A stretch of 60,051 nt of DNA, filler included, from Sphacelaria rigidula (taxonomy: Eukaryota), in NCBI GenBank assembly GCA_964200075.2. It is 7 parts of 7 records of this genome, joined end to end, with 100 filler letters (N's around TTAATTAATTAA, not from the genome) between each part and the next. Parts side by side here need not be neighbours in the genome. Positions count along the whole stretch, not along the records: positions 25,783 to 34,275 come from CAXNAA020010983.1; positions 34,376 to 42,867 come from CAXNAA020010984.1; 5 more parts are not named here. One strand, 5' to 3'. Shown one piece after another: positions 26,625-37,439 of this stretch. A program made the translations under genes and the position numbers. Numbering within the stretch: position 1 is the stretch's first letter; every line of letters starts with the position of its first letter. The notes under the pieces are model-generated. The model saw only the letters and a list, made by a program, of their open reading frames with translations. It was not told the DNA's origin and ran no database searches.

Positions 26625-27290
26625 AAATTTTTTGCACTTCCTGAAATCCCCTTCTGAAAAAAGAGATTTCCGGACACCTTGAAGGGGAACACACATGTCC
26701 GGTTGATGGAGGCGCACGCAAGTCTTACCACACAACCCAAGACAATCAGAGCTAAACCTGAGGAACCTGGTGGCCCCGCAAACCAAAACCACACAGCCCG
26801 AGCCCTAGCTGCTCTGTGCACGTTGTGCGTAACCTTGCTCGGATATGTTCACAATTCATTCAGGAATTACGACTGTTGTTAGGGCGCGCACAGCACACGC
26901 ACACGGAACGGTCAACGACGACATGTTTTCGGTTGTTTTTGACACGCACGCGGTCGCCATTCGTCCCATACAGAATGGATTATGTGGCTGACTGTCTCGT
27001 AAGCATGTGCTGTGCGTGCGTCTCACACAAATCATCACTTCTCAATGAATCCTGAACAGATTTGAGCGAGATCACGGAAAACGTGCACAGCTGGTGAGCA
27101 GCTACCGCCCCAGCTGTGTGTTCTTGGCTTGCGAGGCCACCAGGTTCCTCGGGTTCAGCTCTGATTGTGCAGGGTTGTGTGATGAGCCGTTGGATGTACC
27201 CCTGCCAAACGGGCACGTATGTTTCCCTACAAGGTGTCCGGGAATCCCTTTTCCAGAAGGGGATTTCTGTGCACGTGAAGGGGATTTTTA
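26625..27290. repeat. Long foldback (arms ~280 bp)
   Basis: gaaatccccttctg...ccggacaccttg...caatcagagct.aacc.gaggaacctggtggcc (26640-26830) is the reverse complement of ggccaccaggttcctcgggttcagctctgattg...caaggtgtccgg...cagaaggggatttc (27080-27270). Pairing continues inward to ~26905/27005. Confidence 0.85.
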
Positions 27291-28627
27291 CGGGTGCGGT
27301 GGTATCGTAGCGATCAATAAGGGGTCGTTTTTCAAAAGGGGTCCTAGAAAAAAATAAAGAGAAAACACCTTTCGTTGAGAAAAATCCTAACCCTGACCCT
27401 GACCCTAACCCCAACCTCAACGAAGGCATCCCGAGCACCCCAGGCGCCGATTTAGATGAAAATGCGCTCTGCGCACGCCGCGCGCGAGCTGGGAGTACGC
27501 TAGGAGCACAGCACCCCCGTTGAAGATCCGGATTTACACCACACTGAAATCCAACACCTACCAAGTGGTGAACTTCGGTGGAAATTTGTATAGGTCTCGC
27601 TTGGGACAACTCGAATGTTTCGGTGGCTAGTTTGAAGCGGTGCTCGTCGGGCCGAAGGAAACCTGGGCGCACGAGAGTCCTGGAAAGCGCCTTTTCGGAA
27701 AGCACACAATATCCGCCAAAGCCCATATTCCGGCAAAGAATGGTGGAGAATCGCTCTTGAAAAAAAACATTTTTTCGAGTTTTTTTGTCATGACACCACA
27801 AAAGGCGACCAATACGAGTACTGGCGCTCAGGTAAGAAAAATATCCCAAAGGATTCGTGCTCAAAATTTCCATCTCAGCGGATCAGCACACATGAAACCG
27901 AGTTGTTTTTGTTGCTGAAACAAAGGTTTGATGCCAAAGTGCATCTGAAGCGCAGTGTACGTGCTGCGGACCAAGTGTGCGCGTCTCAGTGGATGTTCAT
28001 TTCCGGCCGGAGGTTCGCGAAATTTTCGTCTCCTCCTACCCGGAACAGGCGATTGAGCGGGATGAAACACGCACCCCCACACACATGCACCGTGCATGGA
28101 ACTTCCCTGGTGAGGTTGTCCTTCCTACAAACTTCCACGTCCGTCCCGGGCAGTTTGCGGCGGAGAGCTGAGGTACAGACGGCTAAAAAAATCAAGAAAA
28201 ACCCCCGCAATGTCAACATTTTTGGCCTGTTGTGATGCTATGCTGTTCGATATATAAAAATAAACACGCGAAATCTATTTCAACACCCGGAGGTCCTGTT
28301 GTGATCTCCCTCTCCTACAATGTGGCTATTCTCTACGGAACTTGTCAAGTCTCGCAGCAGGCCGCCGGACGCTCGAACGGTCATCGCCTCCACATGATCC
28401 CATTCCTGACCTCTCGTTTCTTTCATGGGGTAAACCGGACGTCTCGAACGCGCATACTCAGGAAGGCATGGATCATGACAAAATTGAGAGGTTCTGCAAT
28501 TCCCCGTCTCGCAATATTTATGTACGAGCCCGATCCCCAACCCGACCGTTACAACGCACGCCGCGATGTAAGCAGACACTCAGGACTGCTTTTTGAGAAT
28601 AAAAATCTCATCTTGTCCTGATCCGAG

Positions 28628-28804
28628 TGGTTCCCGTGGACGAATACTCACTCCTGCCCGAATGGAACGTGCCTAAATCAGGCGGTCTGCGATCCTTGCA
28701 GCAAGGAGCGGCTTTTGATATCGGGTGGGGACGCCAAGCGACATCGGGTCTGTTACCCGTGCGTAAAGCTGCATCTCTCCCAAGGGAATACGAGGGAGCA
28801 AAGG
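28628..28804 (+). CDS. Exon encoding an atypical FYVE-like zinc finger
   Basis: A frame absent from the ORF track reads WFPWTNTHSCPNGTCLNQAVCDPCSKERLLISGGDAKRHRVCYPCVKLHLSQGNTREQR. Strong donor AGG|gtaagt in phase 0 with the next exon. The acceptor (GAG) is uncertain. Confidence 0.7.
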
Positions 28805-29311
28805 GTAAGTGCACGTATCCTTGTTCATTCCCGGTAACAGGACAGTTGAAGTCGTTTGCAGCGTGTGCCGAACACACTCGATATTGTACTCTGATCAAAG
28901 AACATTTTTGGACGAAGGGAGGAGCAGCGAGTCAGCCGGGGCATGGTGTCACAGTGTACTGTTTTTTCTTGTCCCCGGTGTGGGCCAGGGTGACGATGTA
29001 CGTGGTGGTGTATTCCGTATAGCCTGCCTTCGGATCTCGATAGTGCGCGAAAGGCTGTTTTTTTCAACACATCCGTCGATGGTGTGATGACAAGAAGTGC
29101 TAGTCTGAGCATCTGGTAGTCTCGAAATGAGACCAAGCTTTTAGGGGTGTGGAGAGGGGCATCCTTTTGATTTTTTGCAGTTGAATCTCGACTCTACCGG
29201 GTTCGGAGTTGGACATGACGCACACAAGAACTATGTGCTTCGTAGAGTACCATTTTACTCTGTCTTCGCGGTCGCATGAAAGTTTTCCGTGGCGTTCTTG
29301 CGGTGACCAGA

Positions 29312-29565
29312 CAGATAACTGTTGCCCCACCATCACGGTTATGACCATGATTGCCAGTTTTGTCATTGCCATTGTCATCATTTCATCGTATTACCTTTCT
29401 CTGACCTGTGTTATTTCTTCTTGCCATCTACCGTCGAGCTGACAGATAACTGTTGTTGCCGTACCATCACGGCTATGACCATGATAGCCAGTTTTGTCAT
29501 TGCCATTGTCATCATTTTATCATTCTCTGACCTGTGTTATTTCTTCTTGCCATCTACCGTCGACC
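29312..29565. repeat. Intronic tandem duplication (two ~125-bp units)
   Basis: gacagataactgttg...ctctgacctgtgttatttcttcttgccatctaccgtcga is repeated head to tail. Confidence 0.9.
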
Positions 29566-29640
29566 TGGTTGGTATATGGGGCTGCTGCGGTATGTATCTG
29601 GCGCGGTCATGGGCGGGGTTGCTACCGCTCCTCTGTGCAG

Positions 29641-30283
29641 GTGGTACCCCAATCTGCGCCAACAAGCATACGATCGTCGCCGTTCGGGTCCTCGAACGTA
29701 TCAAGAGACGGATCTCGCCACGGACCCTCCTCGATCCTGGCTCAGCAACTCGGACTCGCCATCACCGCCGAAGACGCGGATGGCGAAGTTGAAGAAGCGC
29801 AGGACGACCTTGAACAACGACAGAAACAACTACGGCAATCCCGAGCAGAGACGATCGTAAAGTCCATTGGCGGGGTAGCAGCAGCGTCGGGCGAAGGAGA
29901 ATCTGCGAAGGCCGCCGCGGCCAGAGCCATGGCAGCTGTGTGGACCCGAACCGACACCGATGCACCACATGATGGTGACCATGCCACTAGTGGTGGTGAT
30001 AAAGCCGTTGGAAATGCGAATGGTTTCGTTGATGAAAGGGGTGATAGTTCTTCCATGCGAGGGGTGGAGGGTGAAAATGGTGCTCCGGCGCCTGCAGACG
30101 AGGGTTTGACGGGTGGTGGCGACAAGGGGCAAATACAGAAAGGACAGGCTCCGCCCCTCGCGTTGTCTGTTCCCTCGCACGGGGATCCTGAACGGTGGGC
30201 GACGACCGCGGCGAGCGGCGGCGCGAGTGAGGGCAGCGTGGACTTCGCAGCGAGAGGAGCTGGAGTAACGCCGCCTTCCGCAG
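29641..30283 (+). CDS. Exon of the FYVE-like gene (short coiled coil, Gly/Ala-rich)
   Basis: Acceptor ctcctctgtgcag|, donor CAG|gtttgc (phase 1). Reads VVPQSAPTS...EVEEAQDDLEQRQKQLRQ... Confidence 0.75.
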
Positions 30284-31036
30284 GTTTGCTGCCTGCTGTT
30301 CTGTGGTTTGTTGATTCGTTTTTTGCTGGTGATGTCGTATGTTCGTATAGGCAACCTTTGGTCCTTTTTCCAAGTCTTTTGTGGCAGTATCACCCCCCAC
30401 CCCACCTGCTCAACAACCGCTATGGGGTTGGCGTCGGTTGGAAACGACGCTGTGAAGATACGCCACTTACTTCATAACCCAGGCATTCAGTTTACCTTTT
30501 TTCTTTCGCGAATGCGTTTTTCTGTGATGGCCATGATGGTGGTCGAGCCAGGTGATACTGTGCGGTGTGGGAGAACCCTAATTCTGCGCAAATTTAGTGA
30601 TCATACCACGTATTTTTTACATGGTGAGACAGCTATGGGGCAGTGTGGCATCCGGGGCTGTCTCCGGGAGTGGCGATACCAGAAAATGAAGCAACTTATT
30701 GGAGGCTGTCAACCATGTTCAAGATGGAAAGTACACTTCGGGCTGAACGATCTTGGCAGTATGCAGGTCACCCTTCATGCGCTCCCCAAACACATCACGG
30801 CGCTTCGCGCTTGGTGACTGCGAGCCTGGTCTGACAAAAACCCGGTGTGCTCCGTCCCGGCTTTGAGGGGATGCGATGTCAAAGTGATCATATGAGTACT
30901 CCATGCAAGACCATAAGTACACCCTCCCCCCCCCCCCTCAAATTGTTGTTTCAGTCCACTTGGGTGCGTGTATTTTCCTCGATCCGATCACATCACACAC
31001 ATATCCTTGGCGGGTATGTACTACACCAAACTTCAG

Positions 31037-31218
31037 GTGGCACTAGCGCTAACAGCGTTGGGGGTGACCCGGACGCCATCCGAGCACCTACGGAGGAGTC
31101 GGGGGCGGGGGCTTGGGCAAGGGTGGGCGACGCGGGCACGAGTCAGGGTACCGTAGTACGTCCTTCCACGGGATCAGGTGTGAGGGCTGTCCCCGCAAGC
31201 CACCAGCACAAGCGCCCG
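31037..31218 (+). CDS. Exon of the FYVE-like gene
   Basis: Acceptor caaacttcag| (phase 1, matching the previous exon) and donor CCG|gtgagc (phase 0). Reads GTSANSVGGDPDAIRAP...HKRP. Confidence 0.65.
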
Positions 31219-31852
31219 GTGAGCTATGGGTCAGGCAGGCCACGAACTGACTATTGAATTTATAGTAGCGGGATTGCGTGGAACTCAAATGCGGAATGTA
31301 TGTACTCCAGGGATGGGCGAGGGAGGCGAGAAACGGTAAAGCAGGGTTGGAGAAAGGTTGCACCCTTCTCGTAGACGAGACGTACAGTGATCTAGGTATT
31401 CCCTTTTCCACCTGTGGCTTCAGGTTTTTTGTTCGGTTTTTCTCAACCGCTTTTCATTCTCAGATATTTTATCGTTTTTTTTCACACTGCAACGTTTTCA
31501 TATCGCCGTCTATTTGCTCTTTTCAATCGGAGAGGACAAGTTGTGAAGAAAAGAGAAGAAAAAAACGAGTACGTGATGTCATTTTTTCTTTCGACAGTCA
31601 TCTCTTTTTTTTCGCTGCGTTGCGTAACCAAAACTTGAGTGCTCCGAGATGTACAAAAGTGAGAGGAGACACACTTGCGATTTTATTTTCCGCCTTGAAA
31701 AATGCTGACTATTTCATTTGGTTTTATTTGGTCATCAAGAAGGTACAAGTGTTGGGGGTGTGGGATGTGGGTGAGGTGGGTATCGTCTTGGTTTTGACCG
31801 GCTTTTTTTCCAAGCCCTTTCATGGAGAACTATATTTTCTGCCTAATTGGAC

Positions 31853-32225
31853 AGCCCCGGTGGCTCAGCTGGTAACCTCGAAATCTCCTGACGGTTGGTT
31901 TCAACTCTCGAATCTGGGTGACGACACACGATCCTGGGATTTTTTTTCGCACCATGCCTAACAGGGGAGAGCGACTGTCGTGGGTTTACAAATTTCGACT
32001 CCATGGTCGAGGAGGAAAAGGTATTGTCGGACCCCTCTTACGATAAAAAGTGAGGCAAACACCGCAAAAGGAAGGTGGAGCACCAAAAGAAACGAAAAGC
32101 GGGGAGGAAAAACTCCTGTTCGCCTTTCTCTTTTATGACCCCGGCTGATGCGCCCGCATACACACACCGGAAGGTGTAGAGACTGGCGTCCAGAACACAA
32201 GAGATAACAACACACAACACGCACG
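31853..32225 (+). mobile_element. tRNA-derived SINE-like repeat, family A (intronic)
   Basis: gccccggtggctcagctggtaacctcgaaa head, body homologous to 6595-6940, ending in a CA-rich tail. Confidence 0.7.
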
Positions 32226-32697
32226 CACAGTAGGATGAAATGGGTGAATACATTACCGCGAGGAGTTTTTGCACTCATGAAGGGCCTACAATGCACACGA
32301 GGATCAACTTCGGATACATTGGCTGGCGACCCCAAGCATGAACAACGTTCTTGCTTTGTTTGGAGACTGACTGAATGATGGCCGCATATGAAAACTGAGA
32401 TTCCCATTCATCAGGGACGATGTGCATCAATTATTAGCCCATACCGGTACATCAATGTAAGCATGTGTATGCAGTAGCACCACAAAACGACTCATCGTAT
32501 CAGGCCAGCTTCGGTCCTGGTTATATATCGCGGTAATTTGGTGAGATGTGTGTGTGTGTATGTTTCATGTGATAATATATCCGTATATATAACAACGGTA
32601 CCGAATACCATGTCTTGCCGATTTGGAGCTTGATGGGGATCCTTAACCTTCATGTTGATTCACGGTGTATGTTTGGGGCGGGTGTTCGATTTTTCAG

Positions 32698-32890
32698 GTC
32701 CAGAGTGCCACAGACCAAAATCCGTTGGCCCTTCCGTGGTTCACCAGCAAGCATGTGAGTCCGTGTACCAAGTGTGAAGATCTGTGGAAAGTGGCGTGGA
32801 GCGCTAGGGAGGACTTTCTGCACGATCTGGCGAAGGCCGAGAAAGGAAAGGACTATCAGCTTGTTGCTAGTTCGGGGGACAGTCTCAGGC
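32698..32890 (+). CDS. Probable further exon of the FYVE-like gene
   Basis: Acceptor gatttttcag| in phase 0. Reads VQSATDQNPLALPWFTSKHVSPCTKCEDLWKVAWSAREDFLHDLAKAEKG. Donor uncertain. Confidence 0.5.
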
Positions 32891-33304
32891 ACGTATATAC
32901 AGGAACAGTTTTCACTCGTGAATTTTGTATTTCGTGTGTAGTGATTGTAATTATGTGTCGTGACTATAATTTTGTGTTCGGTGTTCATGGTGTTGATGTT
33001 GGTGTGTGCCCATCCATTTTCACCGTGAACAGTCACCAGGACTTGGTATATATTTTGTGATGAGTGAGTGTGCGACATTGAAAAGAATCAGTTAATGAAA
33101 TAATCGTCGAATGTACTTGGAAAATATCTCATTACTGTCTAGTATCGGCTCGCCGACGCACCATCACGAGGACCATTTTTTATGGAGATCAATCTCATTT
33201 GTATAAATGAGAGGATTTGAGCCCGTCTACGGGCTTAATTTTGGTGGTGTGTCTGGTAAGGAATAGCAGGGACGGTATTGGAAAGGCGAGCCTACGTCTG
33301 TGAA

Positions 33305-33359
33305 ATAATAATGAATAATAATGAATAATAATAATGAATAATAATAATAATAATGAATA

Positions 33360-33409
<50 letters not shown>

Positions 33410-33458
33410 GATAATAATGATGATAATGATGATAATGATAATAATGATAATGATAATG

Positions 33459-33514
<56 letters not shown>

Positions 33515-33550
33515 GATGATAATAACAAATAACAATAATAACAATAATAA
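33305..33550 (+). repeat. (AAT/GAT)n microsatellite, expanded tail of a family C SINE fragment
   Basis: About 245 bp of AAT/GAT triplets directly following tgtctggtaaggaatagcagggacgg...gagcctac.tctgt, which matches the 3' end of the element at 57818-58324. Confidence 0.85.
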
Positions 33551-34424
33551 AACGGGCGATTTTCTCCCGTGGATTGACTTTTGTTTTTCTCCAGTTCGTT
33601 GGGAATGTCTCTCGGCCAGCTATAAGAAAACTAGATCAATTCTCCGATTTGGCATGTCACCTTTCTGCTCAAATCGGGACACTCCCGGATACATGCAGAT
33701 TTGGGATCCGAAAAAATCAACCCACGGGGGAAAATGGCCTGCAGGCGGTCTGAAATCCACAAATTTTTACAAGCACAGATTGATCCCTTTCAGAAATGGT
33801 GTAACTGACAGTGTACTCTCGATGGTTGATGCACAGTAGCTGAAGCTCGGTGAATCCGATCGTGGTCACACGAGAAGCAGATACGGTACAGTACCCGGAG
33901 GTATAAAACGAGAATGAAAACACATGCTGAAGTTGACCGACGGAAAGGACGGAAATTACACATGGAAAAATCGGGGGGGAAAAATGAATAAAATTGAACG
34001 AACAGAGCAACCCTCACGTGAAGAACATTGAAAAGACGTGCGTCTCGAAAGGGATTCGTGGTCGATGTTCAAACGACTAAGGCAAGCAACAAACGAGTAC
34101 GCCCCCCCTACCCCCCCTCTCTACATGGTGAGACACCCATGAGGCAGTGTATAATAAGCCGTTGCTGTCTCTGGAAGTGGCTCTCTTGAAGTGGCGATAC
34201 CAGATAATAAAGCAACTTATTGTAGGCTGTCATCCAAATGCAAGATAATCAGGAGGCTTCGGGCCGAACAATCTTNNNNNNNNNNNNNNNNNNNNNNNNN
34301 NNNNNNNNNNNNNNNNNNNTTAATTAATTAANNNNNNNNNNNNNNNNNNNNNNNNNNNNNNNNNNNNNNNNNNNNTGCAAAATACTGTTCCGAAATTCTT
34401 CTGACACGGTCACTAAACGGCCCA

Positions 34425-34680
34425 TTATACGGCCAATACTTGGAGTTGGACCCTGAAATTTGGTACGGACAATGAGTAGGGCGCAATAAAAAAAATACTG
34501 GCGTACACAAGTTTTTTTTTTTCATGAGTTAAGGGCAATAATCAGTTTTCAGATATCGATAAAATGCCCCCAACTCATGAAAGAAAAAAAAATTGTGTAC
34601 GCCAGTAATTTTTTTTATTATGCCCTACTCGTTGTCCCTACCGAATTTCAGGGTCCAGCTCCAAGTATTGGCAGTATAAT
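34425..34680. repeat. High-identity hairpin (arms ~105 bp, loop ~40 bp)
   Basis: ccaatacttggagttggaccctgaaatttggta...ctggcgtacacaa...ttcatgagtt pairs with aactcatgaa...ttgtgtacgccag...taccgaatttcagggtccagctccaagtattgg. Confidence 0.9.
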
Positions 34681-35358
34681 CGGCCTGCAAACTGCAGAAT
34701 CGCTTCTCGGCTGGCCCAGCTCGTATAGAGAGAGGGACAGTCTGCAAGGACCAGACGTTCAAGTAAAACGTAAACGGTTTACTTCTGGGATTCTTCGGAA
34801 TTACTGTCAAAATGAACATACGCAGCGGCGAGAGAGCACAAGCAAGCGGAAAACAAACGAGAGAAGGTTGACCAATTGATTGATCGACAGTCGCATACTG
34901 CCTGATCCCCCAGGAGTCATAATCCAGCCGTGGTCATTATCGACAAGGTGAAAGAAAACGGAAACACTCGCTGAATAAAAATGAAAAAAAACACGAACAA
35001 TAGACCGATTAGACTGAAAAAAAAGAGACCATGATAAGGAGTGACCGGCCTCTGAAACATGTCTGGGAAAAGGTCCTCCGCAAAAGCACATGCACTCGTA
35101 GCCGACCAAGAAAAAAAAGCCGTGGGCGCAAATTGCGACTCATCTATCCCGGCCTACGGGCTATAAGCTCTCACCCTTGGACCCTTGGGATATCAGGCAC
35201 CAAATACGAAGCACTTATTATCACCATGATAATTATTATTATTTCTGCACATTAGCCTTATCTCGCCAACCCGTGGTCGCAGACGTACCCGACTTACCGT
35301 CTCTGTCTACTCTCAGCACACGAAAAAATAAACCTTCGTGTAACGCTTGCATACACAC

Positions 35359-35744
35359 CTTCACGAGCTTTGCTCCCCACCCCTGGAAATTGCGAGCATT
35401 GCCGAGCAACCCGTGCATGATAACAACCGGAGTCAGCGCGCCCGGACCCGCCGTTCGCACACCAGGGTTACAGTCGATGAAATTGAGCTTCGCCGCTCCA
35501 GCAGGACGAACCAACGGCGGTGCCGCAGGTGGGGCAGTGGAAATCGCGCTTGCAGCAACCATCGTAGTGGTGGTGGTAGCTGGTCGGCCGTTGGTTTGTG
35601 GGCGTGACCATGGGCGATCGGGCGACTTTCTGCAGCCGTAGAAAAAATTCTGGTCGTTCGGTCGTGTAGCGGAGGAATACAGCGATGCTGTCGTGGTTGC
35701 AGTTGGTGCGGTTGCTGGTCGCGGCGGAATTCTGTTTGTCGTCT
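35359..35744 (-). CDS. Exon of an alpha/beta-hydrolase (ABHD11/YbfF-like esterase), N-terminal part
   Basis: TPVVIMHGLLGNARNFQGWG matches the ABHD11/YbfF P.V.LHGL.G...N motif. Acceptor catccag|, donor AAG|gtgtgt. Preceded by a Thr/Ala/Arg-rich low-complexity, targeting-like segment. Confidence 0.8.
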
Positions 35745-35882
35745 CTGGATGGATTAGAGGAAGTAATGAGTGTACACCAGAAGTGAGAGGTACTTGTATC
35801 AATGATATGCGGGTGTTACGGAGGGGGGGGGGAAACTATGCCCATTGTTCGATTAGTTTATTTTCATGTTTGCATGTATATT

Positions 35883-36350
35883 GCCCCACCCCCGTGGTCC
35901 AATGGTTCGACTGACACCGTTAGGGTGGAGAGAACGTGGGTTCAATTCCCGCCACGCACGTCGGGTTCTTCCTCAAAAGTATCTCATTTCCACCGTCGAG
36001 GACGTGAGAACGTGAGTAGCAATAAAAAAGTAGGTGGAAGAGGGGCACATTCCACGATTGATAATCTCGACATTTTCTGACGGTTGCGACGTGGGTTCGA
36101 ATCTCGGCGAAGTCACACGATCTGGAATATTTTACCTCACCAATCCCAAAAGCGGAGAGCGATTACGCCACCACTATACACAAAAGGTCGACTTCAAGAA
36201 CCGCTGAACACTTCTCGCGATGAAAAAAGAAGGTAAGTGTGCTTACTGTTGAGGAAGTGGGATACTGAAACAAAATAGAAAGCGAGAAAACTCCTTTGTT
36301 GACCTTCCTCCTTCATGACTCTAGCTGATGCGCCCAGATATACCGACAAC
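35883..36350 (+). mobile_element. Adjacent SINE-like fragments: family B (35883-36060) and 5'-truncated family A (36075-36350)
   Basis: Two B-boxes (GGGTTCAATTCCC ~35938, GGGTTCGAATCTC ~36093). The second is followed by gtcacacgatctggaat...ggagagcga...aaaactcct as in family A. Confidence 0.6.
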
Positions 36351-37439
36351 AGCAGAGGTGGGCACCAGATACCAAAAACAAAAAAACGGTCATCGGATAA
36401 GAGGCGTTATTCCCAAAAACTAGAAACCGGTTTAACCGGGTTTTTCTCAGCAGGTTTAATCGCTTCGCCGGAAAACCGGTTTAATCTGATAAGCAAGGAA
36501 AACGCCTCCGAATCAAATGAATCAGGAGTTGTTGTTGTGTGTTGTCGTGTGTGGTGGGGTGATGGGTGATGGATACGCTCGAACACACCCATTTCCGGTG
36601 ACGGCACGGTTCGATCTCGCACCTCCGCACCCGTGCGAACCCTGTCGAGCTTAGAGTAAAGTGGCTGGTGACAGCGATTTTAATGCGTGATAGAATATGG
36701 TGGTGGTGACTGCTTGAACAGCCGCTGTTCAAATCTGGCACCTAACCCTAGCCAACACAGGGTGTCGAAAGCAAAAACTATAGTATTTAATATGAACAGT
36801 ATGCGCCTGAACTATTCGTTTTGTAATTTCTTCGTAATTCGCAATTTTCTTGGCTCTTTCGCTTACCAATTACGTGCATATGCTCTACATTCCAGAGAAA
36901 AAAAATAATGTGTACTCAATTTTGAGCGACCTATGGGCTTACCGGTCACCGGGGGTCCTGTAACTTTTCAGCGCTTCGCAGAGGAACAGAAATCAGGCGT
37001 ATCATTTGTTAGTTTTCAGTCTAGCGGGTCGGAGGCGGTGCCGCCTCCTAACGGTAGAGATGAGTCGGGAAAGTCTGCCGCTGAACTAGTAGCACTGTGG
37101 TACTCAGAAAAAGGAGAGTTGGAAAAATCAGGTATGACAGCAAAGAAAAAGCAAGATTTACTGTACAGACTCGCAAATATCTGCACGCGCATCACAGAAA
37201 AACACGGTGGACGCGTTGGGGATGTCGCGAGGTCTATCGGGGGAGCGCTAGTCACGCCGCCGGTAGACCCGCGCGAGATCAGGAAGTATTTCGGGGAGGA
37301 AAAGGGTTTCCTGCAGACGGACGAATTCGTTACTATCGTATCCACAGGTGTCCCCGTCGGCGCGACAGTCATCGCATCCCCCACACAAGAGAACCTCGAC
37401 TGCGCACTACAGTATGACAACCACAGTAGCACCCACGAT

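Noticed and set aside
26980..27873. 297-aa minus-strand ORF
   Set aside because: It runs through the foldback arm and the telomere-like tract (LGLGSGSGLG) and has no recognisable domain.
29312..29565. CRISPR-like array (also 18721-19030 and 53748-54110)
   Set aside because: Only 2-3 long degenerate units, no repeat-spacer periodicity, no cas genes, and a eukaryotic context.
33227..33590. Poly-Ile, Ile/Met and Leu/Ser ORFs
   Set aside because: These are translations of the AAT/GAT microsatellite.
33595..33839. Possible last exon of the FYVE-like gene
   Set aside because: Good acceptor, but the frame cannot be chosen because the upstream donor is uncertain.
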